Shown here one piece after another: positions 9,700 through 19,646 of a DNA stretch of 21,436 nt (its first letter is position 1; each line of letters opens with the position of its first letter). The stretch is taken from positions 124,001 to 145,436 of the forward strand of contig JAUGWO010000016.1 in the NCBI GenBank assembly GCA_049724395.1. Direction: 5' to 3'. The notes below the pieces were generated by a model. That model worked only from the letters and a program-made list of their open reading frames with translations, was not told where the DNA came from and did not search any database. The translations under genes and the position numbers were made by a program. This DNA is from Spongospora subterranea f. sp. subterranea (lineage: Eukaryota).

Positions 9700-11925
9700 C
9701 ATTGAGAGGTCCGGGATGGGCCCTGAACAGCCCTGATCAGAATGAGAACGACAGGAGGCGGTCGAAACTGGCGATGACTTAGATTGTGATATGCATCGAC
9801 GAAACCAAGCACCGACATCCAGCGTCGCAGGAGAGAGCTGGAGATTGTACAGTTCAAGGACTTCCCGACGATGACCAGCTTGTAAAACACTGTCAAGTGT
9901 ATGGCAGCTGTCACATTCCCTAACGCACGCTGCAGTCGCCATTCGGAATGGGCGGGGAGATGTCCAAAAGAGACTTGGATGAGGGTGATGAAGTACCCCT
10001 CAAAATGACGAGGCGGCAATTGAGGAGGAACATCAAAGGCGGAGGATTCGAGGTCGGACCGTCGGGAAGAAAGGGCCAGCGTGGGGAACAATCCCACATT
10101 CTTTGCGAGAGGACAGAGAGAGGACAGAGGCCATGACAAGAGAAGAGCTGTCGCAAAACAATAACAACAGCATCGTGTGCCGGAAACACGGGTCATATTG
10201 CTCGAATTTGTAGGGAAACCATCAAAGATGACGGCAGTTTTACATGCCACCTTCATGGCGCAAGTCACGACGGAGCCGGACTCGGCCTAATGATGTCCGG
10301 CTGTATGGCGCATATGAGAAGTAACGCTGCCAATCTAACCAACATTCGTGATCCTAAAATCAACACCGTAATCATAGGTGATGGCACAAAGATGGTCGTG
10401 AAAGGTAATGGAGAGTATACCAAAGGCGGTGTCGCCTACTTGAAAAACAACCTAATGTGAGTAGAGCGCTGGACAACATTGCCAACAAAGTCGTGTTTCA
10501 CAGGAACTGTGTGTCCATGATCCAGCGGGGGTGATGTCATCGCCATGGGGGCGCGCGATGGACATGTTCAGACCAGAAACCGAGATAATGATACTGGGAA
10601 GAACTCAGATCAACAATGTATTTCTCATCAGCAAACGATCAAGAAAGCCGTTTTCGCAAGGGCCGATAAAGAGATCCCAATTGATTGGCAAGACTATTTA
10701 TTCAGATGTTTTGCGGACCGCTTGACGTGCGGGATCGGATTGGATACATCCAGGTTGTGATGAATGGCCCGGTATTAGGCATTGTCAATACAAGGAGCGT
10801 GATGTTTTCGGCAAGGAGTTCAAGGGACTCGTGGCAGCATTGGTTGGTTGAGTCTGCACCGGCAAAATGGATCCAACAACGGACCTCGGACAGCGGTGGG
10901 AAATATTGGGGTGAGGCCATCGGGCAACCCATGCACGATTAAGGAGATGGAGGGCAGGTCCACACCAACTCTCATAACACCACAGGCAGAACGGTGTGCC
11001 TGAGCGAACTAACTGCACGATCATGGAGCAATGATGAAGGGGAACACTATGCCAGGAAGTAGCTGGTCAGAGGCTGTCGTGTTCGCATATTACATTCGCG
11101 ATCGTTCATCATCTCGGATTATTGATGATAAGTCGCCACTTGATTCAAGTTCGGTCAGTTTCCTAACTAAAACATCAGAGTTGTTGGAGCTTCAGCACAG
11201 TGGCACGTTTCGAAGTCGCTAACAAGGAAGCCCGACGAGAATGCTCGGCTACCGCATCCTAAACCAGAACGGAACAGTCATCGCTTCACGAGATTTGGTG
11301 TTCCTGGAACAGGAGTCGGAGGACAAGACACCGACGAGGTTTGTTTTGATGCAATCATGGAAAGGGCGACAGAGGAAAGTGGCGATTCGACAGAAACGCG
11401 ACCCAGACGATGCCGAAGATGTCGGGTGGAAGGGGCATCGCAAGGGAGAAAGGGACAAGGAAGTCCAGCGGCGATGAAGACGGCGATTTGTTCGCAGTGA
11501 GTGAATACGATGACGAGCCTCAAGAGGACCCATTAGGTGTACACGCCAGACTATCTCTTTGACAGCGACGCGGAAAGGCTCTAATGAAATTCGCGAGCTT
11601 GATCACTCCACGTTCAAGAAATGAGGCCTTGTTCCTACCTGATTCGTGGGAATGGCCTGCTGCCATGGATGACGAATATACAAACCAATATGAAACAGGA
11701 ACTCGCCAATGATGTGGGAACTGAATGGGCATCCAAGATCAAGATGGGCCAGCACCGGGAACCTGAAAGGATTTAAATCCCGTCTTACGCGAAAGGAATA
11801 CTCAAGGGAGCGGGATCGCCTTTGAGGTGATGTTCGCCCCAGTTGTAAGCGCACCCGCGTTTCGAATGGTGTTGGCGGTCGCAGCATCACACGGAATCAC
11901 CGTTCATATGGAATCGAACCGTTTT
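9700..11925 (+). mobile_element. Highly degenerate Ty1/copia gag-pol remnant
   Basis: Motifs occur in copia order across many frameshifts: knuckle GHIARIC, protease-like SGCMAHM, VIIGDGTKMVVKGNG, integrase IYSDV/CGP, SDSGGKY, QNGVPERTN, WSEAVV..YIRDR..KSP, GYRI..SRDLVFLE, then RT N-terminal pieces (MWEL, FKSRL, MFAPVV). The left boundary is approximate. Confidence 0.85.
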
Positions 11926-12039
11926 TGGTCGGGTTTATTCCTGTCAGTACTTGCGCCATCGCGATCAGTGCCGTTTTGAAATCGCTCAAATCGCCGAAAC
12001 ACTGGCGCATTCCGACAATCGACCTGACGTTCAAGCGCT

Positions 12040-12522
12040 CGCGTAAGGATGGAGATGTGGGTCCCTTTGGGAACGCAGCAAAGCTCTTGTGGTCACATGG
12101 TTGGCCCTAAAAAGTCAAGTGCGGGATAAGCAATTGGCCATTTGCAGTCTGAGGAACAGCAACATGAACCGACAACTTGAACTTCGTATATTGACACTGG
12201 TTCCCCCTATTGATGAAGTGTTGTTTTTGGCTCTAATTGAAACAAAATGGGGGTTGGTCCATGTTCACGATCATGGATTAGCCAAGGCACATTCTTGCAA
12301 GTTTTAGCCTCATTGAATCGATGAAATCTTTGGCCACTCCGCATTGATCGCTGGATGTTGTACAGCGTGAGTTGCACAACGGGCAACAAAACGATGCGCC
12401 GTGACAAAGCGACGAATCGCACAATCTCTCGCACGATCGATTATCACGATGGAATGTGGATATCCATCGACGAGATGTAGACGGCTATCATCTGCACTGA
12501 TGAAGCTGCGACTCGAATCACA
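12040..12522 (-). mobile_element. Degenerate pogo-family transposase fragment
   Basis: IRRFVTAHRFVARCATHAVQ and MIVNMDQPPF (first catalytic Asp region). It is an inverted, diverged homologue of 12945-13460. Confidence 0.75.
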
Positions 12523-12944
12523 ATGGACACCCGGGTCGACGGTCTGTTTGAAAGAGAATATCCCAGTCATTCATAGCCATATTCCAGGTCGCAGGAGCAT
12601 GCCCATTTTTCCCCACTGTTATGTGTCATCGGTTCCTTTAGAGTTCGGCCCACCCGATTCCCGATATCCAATGTGAGTTAGGGAATTGAGCATGCTTCTG
12701 CGATTTTGGAATAGGGCTATGAATGTGCTTGATTGAGTGGACAGACGATGGGGCAATACCATTTTCTATCAAAAGATATACTGAACTTGAAGAATTGAAG
12801 CTCTCCCAGTTACTGCATTAACAGCAAGTTTTTCTTGAAGACCTCAATTAGCCGACTCAACGGTTTGTCTGAAAAGATTGGAGTAAGATATTCTAATGGA
12901 TATTTGAAAAACGTGAATGTAACAGCAGATTCATGTTCACGTTT

Positions 12945-13460
12945 TGATTCGAGTCGCAACAATATCAGTGCCGATGAGAGCCGACTACGTCTCATCAATA
13001 GATTCCACATTTCGTCGGAAAAACCGACCGTGCGAGAGATTGTGCGCTTCGTCGCTTTGTCTCCGTTGTGGAATTCACGCTGCACAACAACATTCCAGCG
13101 ATCAACGCGGAGTGGTCAAAGATCACATCGATTCAGTGAGGGCAAGAAGTACTTTGACCAATCCATGATCGTGAGCACGGACCAACCCCCATTTTGTTTT
13201 CATGGAGCCAAGAACGACACTTTTCATGGAGCGAAGAACGACATTTTTCATGGAGCCAAGAACGACACTGTTCATGGAGCCAAGAACGACACTTCATCAT
13301 AAAGGGGCAACCACTGTCAGTATGCGATGTTCACGTTGGTCAACAATGCCGGCTACAGTTGCTGGCCCTTTGACAGCCGACGGTCTTAAAAAGGCCAACC
13401 ATGTGGCAGAATAACCAAGAACTTGCTAATTTGGCAGAGGGAACCACGCTCCATTCTTAT
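12945..13460 (+). mobile_element. Degenerate pogo-family transposase fragment
   Basis: MIVSTDQPPF / MEPRTTLHHKGATTVSMR..TV..LTADGLK follows the pogo NMDQTP..T...KGA..V....T.....ADG.K pattern. Confidence 0.78.
13197..13294. repeat. 24-bp tandem repeat, 4 copies, inside the pogo fragment
   Basis: CATGGAGCCAAGAACGACACTTTT at 13201, 13225, 13249 and 13273. The inverted homologue near 12220 has only one unit. Confidence 0.95.
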
Positions 13461-13639
13461 GCGGGATTGCTTTCCAGAACTGAGATCTTGCCTTAATGTC
13501 AACGTCTGGTGGTCTCAACATTTCTTTTTCAGTAGTAGTAGTTACGTGTTGATTCGCGATTTTTCAGTATGTTGATAGAGGGACAGTTAATTGATTAAAT
13601 AATCAATCCCTCTCTTGCAGTGGTATTTTGGGAACGCGG

Positions 13640-13872
13640 CTGTTGGAAATTCAAATAACATCTATTTTGTGTTTGTTTAAGAAGCCTGTTCATGAGACTT
13701 AATCTCCGTTAGCCGGCCGGCATTCCATTGTGCACACTTCGATGGTGGTGATTGGCGATCTTGTTTATGCTGTGCGTTTGTTCTCGAAGAGTCTCGTAAT
13801 TTATTCCGTGTTGATGTAGTTTGTAAAACGGTTTGCTTTTTTCATGAACACTCTAGTTCTTAACGATATCTC
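13640..13872 (-). mobile_element. Second, inverted copy of the LINE endonuclease-start fragment
   Basis: Reverse complement matches about 9042-9265, including TGCACAATGGAATGCCGGCCGGCTAACGGAGATTAAGTCT. Confidence 0.85.
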
Positions 13873-13883
13873 CTGAGTTGGTT

Positions 13884-13985
13884 GTTGTGTTACCAGTTGG
13901 TGTTTGGCAGTTGTGTTACCAGTTGGTGTGGCAGTTGCGTTACCAGTTGGTGTTTGGCAGTTGTGTTACCAGTTGGTGTTTGGCC
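13884..13985 (-). repeat. 26-bp minisatellite array, left cap of the fold-back (about 4 units)
   Basis: Unit CAGTTGTGTTACCAGTTGGTGTTTGG. Confidence 0.93.
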
Positions 13986-13993
13986 GTCGTTTA

Positions 13994-14505
13994 CTGCATG
14001 TTACATCGTGTGTACCAATCGTTGGGTGCAGATTCAGACTTCAACATATATTGCCGGTGTCATTGTCAATGGCCATGCTTTAACAGGTTCAATCGGTATC
14101 CAGATATTCATCGTATGAACGAGTGTCAACATTTCTATTGCGTACTGTTCAACGTTGCCATTGTAATGTGCCAGCGCAGCAGTTTTAGCGTCTTTGACGT
14201 GGTTATTCTCTGCCAAAAAATCCAAGAAATCTCGAGGCCATTTTTGTAGTGTCGATATCAGGGTGGCAATATCAGAATTGCGAAGGAAATCAATATGCGC
14301 CCTGTCGGCACAATCCGCTTCTGTGAGAAACTTAGAGATACCAAATGGAATGACAATTTAATTGAAATGTTCCTTGGGGAGGTCCTCATAAATGTTCTTG
14401 AGCTGCTCCTTCATTTAAAAAACACTAAATTTGTTCGGCAGATTCAAAGTTTCTATCCAATCCATACTTGACGCTTCCTCTGTTGGCTCCTCCATTCGAA
14501 TCAAC
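13994..14505 (-). pseudogene. Dioxygenase family pseudogene fragment (copy C)
   Basis: SMDWIETLNLPNKF, YEDLPKEH, RAHIDFLR, TAALAHYNGNVEQYAIEMLTLVHTMNIWIPIEPVKAWPL. It has internal deletions and stops, and lacks the signal peptide and distal His. Confidence 0.92.
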
Positions 14506-14523
14506 TCCAATTTCGGTTTTCTA

Positions 14524-14929
14524 AGATAATCCAAGAAGCTATTCATGAGGACATTCCCAAGGAACATTCTAATTGGATAGTCATTCCATTCAATATCTCA
14601 CAGTTTCCACAAAAGTGGATTTTTTTCGAAATGGCGCAGATCGATTACCTTCGCGATGCTGATATTGCCACCTGTTGCAAAAATACAGTTGTTGATCTTG
14701 GGACATCATGACGCTTGTGCAAAGATTCCCGACGTCAAAACCTGGGCGCTGGCACATTATAATGGCAACGTTGAACAGTACGCAATGGATATGTTGACTC
14801 TCGATGTTTTGATAAATATCTGGATACCGATTGAACCTGTTAAAGCATTGCCATTGACAATGACACCAGCAATATATGTTGAAGTCTGAATCTGCACCCA
14901 ACGATTGGTACACACGATGTAACATGCAG
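14524..14929 (+). pseudogene. Dioxygenase family pseudogene fragment (copy D)
   Basis: IIQEAIHEDIPKEHSNWIVIPF, AQIDYLR (His to Gln), ALAHYNGNVEQYAMDMLTLDVLINIWIPIEPVKALPL. It is frameshifted and truncated at the same point as copy C. Confidence 0.92.
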
Positions 14930-14939
14930 TAAACGACGG

Positions 14940-15112
14940 CCAAACACCAAACTGGTAACACAACTGCCAAACCACAACTGGTAACATAACGCCGAACACC
15001 AACTGGTAACCAACTGCCAAACACCAACCGGTGACACAACTGCCAAACACCAACTGGTAACACAACTGCCAAACACCAACTGGTAACGCAACTGCCAAAC
15101 ACCAACTGGTAA
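14940..15112 (+). repeat. 26-bp minisatellite array, right cap of the fold-back (about 7 units)
   Basis: Unit CCAAACACCAACTGGTAACACAACTG, the reverse complement of the left array. Confidence 0.95.
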
Positions 15113-16645
15113 ATATGTTATCTGATTCTTCGTTTTCATGTTCTCGTCAAAAGCCGCCATGGCTATTGTGATTACGCGGGATGGGCAATCTGTTAAGAGT
15201 GTTGTTACAGCAGACAGGTTTTAGGCAACGGGGCACACACCCAAGTACCATCATGGCCAGCTTTTACTTCGCGAATCTTGTCAGCTCTAACCTTATCCAT
15301 CGCTTTCGCATTTTCTTCAGGATTGTCCTTAATAGGAATCTAGATTAACTGCACGGTCAGAAGAAACAATGTTTTTTTGTGAAACCACGACGAACCTGTG
15401 CAGCCATGCCACTTTAAAATGAACTATCGGTACTAGGTCAAGTTACAAAATAGAAGTATTACCATCGCATGAACGCCACGCTTGTGGCATGTCTGAATGA
15501 GAAGCCGAAAGTAGCTGTCCATAAAAGGCGTTGTCATTCCAAAATCGTCGCGATTAGACAAAGCAAATTTCGAATGATTTCTCAATTTTTTGATTAGGCT
15601 AAAAATGTAATCTCAAGGACCTGGGAGATGGTTTATGGGTTACGACATTACCACAACGTAAACAAATTATTGTAGACCACAATTCAGGCCAATTGAATGA
15701 TTGCGAAGTTCGTATATGATTTCATCCATTTCAGACGCTGCCAGGATGGTCTCAATCAGCACGGTAACTCTTATTTTACACTGAGGAATTTGCAGAGCAT
15801 TTTGTGATGCGACAAAACATCATCCACAGCCGAGCTTCAAGATGCGATTCTAGCTTAGGAAGGTAAAAAATAAGGGCCTGTATTATTCTGAAGCAGTAAT
15901 CGCTCATTATGGAAGAAATACAATTCAAAATCGAACAATGCTGCCTGCGAGCATGTTTAAACAAAAATGGCTGAAAACCCGACCTGATTGTTACTGAGCA
16001 AGGTTCACCGTCAATTTGGAAATGGTCTTCGTTGAGGTGCCATCCTCGTGGGCGAACAAGTGGTGTTGCAACATTTTCAATCAATTTGTATAGTTTGCCA
16101 TTTGTTTCCAGGCTGATATCTTTAACTATAGCGTCGCGAAGATTCACGTGACCATGGAGCAAATTGCTGAATGTGGGCGAGAGGGAATCTTCGAAGTCTG
16201 CCATTAAAACATTTGCCCCTGAATTTAGTGCGTTGATTACCTGTGGAAACAATCTGAAAACTTGCTTCATTGCAGAGTGGAATAAACCTAGCATACCATC
16301 CTTCGGTCGGGAGGGCCTGTAATTTCCACCCGACGGTCTTCAAGATCGTGTGGGGGAGCAGTGGCTTTATACGTCGACGAACGAATCCATTCGGTTTCAC
16401 GTAAGAAGTCAGGGAATTCGCCTGCATCTAGCCTTATACGTCGACGAACGAATCCATTCGGTTTCACGTAAGAAGTCAGGGAATTCGCCTGCATCTAGCC
16501 TTGTCTGACGTCGTTGCCGCTCTTCCAGCAGTTCCAGGCGCCTCCCATTGAACTGCCGATGCAGCTGAACAACGAACGCGACCACGTCGTCACTCAGCAC
16601 CCACTTGCACACTTCGGGGACGATCCCGTCAATCAACACCGACAT
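15113..16645 (-). pseudogene. Malate synthase (MSA type) pseudogene, intron-containing, 3'-truncated
   Basis: [122 protein letters not shown]. Several short GT-AG introns, several frameshifts and a 67-bp duplication. It ends at the minisatellite before the MEDAAT C-terminal domain. Confidence 0.93.
16367..16500. repeat. Perfect 67-bp tandem duplication in malate synthase exon 1 (frameshifting)
   Basis: 16367-16433 is identical to 16434-16500. Confidence 0.97.
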
Positions 16646-17945
16646 TGCAGCAATACACCGCCTACCGATTTGTAAATGAAACTCTGAGCTCAAAATGATT
16701 CCGTACTGTATCAGAACGCACTGATCATAGAGTGAAAGGCAGTTGGTGGTAACAAAGGCTGCCCCCCCCTATGTTACCCACTGTAAAGAAACTCGGCATT
16801 CCATGTTGAGCCAGTTGTCCGAAAATCTCAAACAGTTAATTTATTGTTTGTGTTGGAATTTTTAATTGCGATGATGACAGGTCGAACTCGATAACCGCGA
16901 AATCGCGTTTTGCTCGTAAACAGTGATGACATATTGTTCTCTGTTTTGCATTTGTCTGTTTGAAGGAACCAGTCAGCCCAATATCAGGATTCTTTAACCT
17001 ATTTGAAAAGGTGAGTAAATTTTCTACATTATACAGTGCCCATTACAAAGTTGTTTCGACAGAAATTTTGCGTCAGAGGGGAATAAGCTTATCCCGTCCC
17101 TGTACCACAGGTACTCTTTTTCGCCCACAGTAAACACTCGTTTACTATCTCGTTATCTTCTCCTCTTCTCTTATATCCGCTCTGGCCACCTCGACCGAGC
17201 GGCAGCCGGAGAGAATAGCGTCAAGAGAAGAGACGAGGAAAAGAACCGAGATGATAGAACCAGTGGTTATAGGGGCTCTGGAGGTGCCCGACAGATGGAG
17301 GATTGAAACTGTACTTGCATCAAACTGCCGATTATACACATCTCGGCTCATCCCCCAGTGTAATGTGCACGTTATTTTTACGAGAAGAGTTGCCAGTTTC
17401 GTCGCTAGTGATTCGAAATTTGATGTGAGGGGTTGCCAGCGTTCAGAACCCATTAAGCATGGGCGAACGATCAAGAAAAAAAACTACTACGCTAACAACA
17501 CGTACATGTTGGTCTTGACACACGTCGTGCACCTCCCCTGCAAAAACCTGGTGACCTCCCGTCACCTGGCTCTTTATCGTTATCGCCATTGAAAGTCGTA
17601 AATGGGCTGTTGACTGCCAGTACAGTCCCAATAAATGACCATCGATATATGTCGCCTAGGCGCTTTGATCGAATACAACGCCTTTAATGGGATTTCCTTT
17701 TTTAACAGGGTTTTTTTCAAAGGCGTTGTATTGCAGGTTTAGGCCACCAACCATTGTACTCAATATGATATGTTGAGTGTGAGTATGACGGTCGGAGTTG
17801 CGGTCTTGACACTCTTGCGTAATAAAGACAGGTTTTCTTCTGTAACAATGGAGAGTGCCGAGCACGTCAGAAAAGTCGGATTATTCAAGTAAGACCTTGG
17901 GCGTCGCTGCCAACTTCATGACGCGTGCGGAGAGCAACTATCTCA

Positions 17946-18049
17946 CGAAGTTCACCTTCCAAGGAGATGAGGAGCAACCGAATGCCAATCATGTGCATCT
18001 ACAGCGGATTGGTGATTATTTCACTATGAAATGTATTTTTTCTAATTAA
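17946..18049 (+). mobile_element. Fragment of a pogo transposase C-terminal tail, inverted homologue of 19647-19751
   Basis: AAGTTCACCTTCCAAGGAG..GAGGAGCAACCGAAT..CAATCATGTGCATCTACAGCG.ATTGGTGATTATTTCAC is shared, translating KFTFQGDEEQPNANHVHLQRIGDYFTM. Confidence 0.8.
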
Positions 18050-18090
18050 CGTGGAGCGAAGTAATCGGGCGAGTGGTGGAGGTTGAAGTG

Positions 18091-19551
18091 ATGGCGGAGG
18101 AGCGGCAGCTCTGCTAATTGATTATACAAATAGAGATGAAAAAGGCGAGACCAACGAAGAGATAATTACCGTTAAACTAGGAACAGAAGTGACATCATCA
18201 TATGAATGTGAGATTATTGCACTGAATAGTGGACTAGATATAGCTGTAGACCAGAACTATGAGGGAAGACATATCCACATAATGACAGATTCCTTATCAT
18301 GGATGAGTCAACTACAATCCTTACCGATAAAACCAAGGAGAGTGAACGCTATCGTTGCGGAATGTGCAGATAAATTAGCGAAATTAACAAAAGAAAACAT
18401 GGTGGATATACACTTTATACCAAGTCACGTGGAAAACGACAACAATAATGAAGACGAGATGAAAGTCCCCATAGGACACAGCGATGACATTGATCAACTA
18501 GCAAAGCAAGCATCGATGGACGGCGATGAAATTCAACATGACCCATTTATATCATCGTTCAAACTGCATCTTAAGAAAAGAGAGAGAGAAAACCTTAAAG
18601 ATTACATCAAAGAACGAGTTCAAGCTAGCAGATTCAAAGGATACCCAGAAAGGGATAAATTTAAGATATTAATGACGCTAAACGAAAGGAAGATTGAACC
18701 TACAACCCCGCTTCTCAACAGAGCAAGAACTGGGCACTCTTGTGCAAGAAATCACCTGAAGAACCTGAATATGGATGACAGTAACATATGCAGATGGTGT
18801 AATACGGAAATAGAGACGATTGAACATCAGGTGTTACACTGCAAGGCGTTACAAGGAAAGTTGAGTAAAGTCAGGAAAGAGTACAAAGGTTTGAACACCT
18901 CATCATTTGAAAATGCACTGTGGGAATACCCGCAAGAAATGAACAGGATCCTAAGAAGGGCAGTGAAAAAGAGGTGCTACATCTAGAACCACAGGAACCC
19001 GAATCCGAATACACGAGCAGAAAATGCACTGTGGGAATACCCGCAAGAAATGAACAGGATCCTAAGAAGGGCAGACGGCGATCGAGACAGTGAGAGAGAG
19101 GAGGCAGCCTAGATAAATATTTTCCGAAGAGGAGTAAAACCTCGATAAAAAATCAGCTACCTAACCGTAGCGAAGAGGTGCTACCTCTCTAAATACAGGC
19201 CGAAGAGGAGGACAACCTCTATGCAAAAACCGAGCTGTCTAGTAAGGATGCGACCTGGTTAGGCCAAAGGGTGTTCCTTAGGGAATTTTTAGTGAATGTC
19301 CCGGATACAGAGTTTTACGGGTACGTTTTTTAGTTGGGACGGAATATGTAGGACTATTCTAACCCCACACTACCCTTTGCGTCGACCAAAATGCTGAACT
19401 ACCGGCGAAGGTCTATATTTCGGGTGCGAGCCTGATACTGGGAGGAGCTTCTGAGACGCGAGTCGAAGAAACGAATCTTGGCCCAATAGCCGTGGGACCG
19501 GCCGACCTGCATGAAAAGTGCAAACTCAATCACAAAAAAAAAAAAAAAAAA
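18091..19551 (+). mobile_element. 5'-truncated RNase-H-encoding LINE with 3' UTR, poly(A) and 12-bp TSD
   Basis: Open frame 18091-18986 carries RNase H (SSYECEIIAL, IMTDSLS, IHFIPSHV, DQLAK), RARTGH and a CCHC knuckle (CRWC..ETIEHQVLHC). A18 at 19534-19551. TSD GAGGTTGAAGTG at 18079-18090 and 19552-19563. Confidence 0.95.
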
Positions 19552-19646
19552 GAGGTTGAAGTGCGTTCAGAGGACTTCTTTCGGCGATAATCAGTTGCTG
19601 TGAGATCATTTGTATTGAATCATATTAAATTATAAATCATATTAAA

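Noticed and set aside
13197..13294. CRISPR-like repeat
   Set aside because: Units are head-to-tail with no unique spacers, lie inside a transposase fragment, and the context is eukaryotic with no cas genes.
13884..15112. 26-bp arrays as CRISPR or telomeric repeats, and the ORFs reading through them
   Set aside because: No spacers and not a short G-rich telomere unit. The ORFs are repeat translations or antisense frames of pseudogenes.
2257..16645. Metabolic cluster linking dioxygenases and malate synthase
   Set aside because: Malate synthase is truncated and joined through a rearrangement breakpoint, so nothing supports functional clustering.
17251..17592. Faint BTB/POZ-like pattern (LYTSRL..ASDSKFDV)
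   Set aside because: Too weak to call without a profile search.
17656..17760. IKGVVFD resembling HAD hydrolase motif I on the minus strand
   Set aside because: The motif is incomplete (no DxD) and a stop follows immediately.
19430..19480. Possible hammerhead ribozyme (CTGATA...GAAAC)
   Set aside because: The core CUGANGA is not matched and I could not form the required stems.
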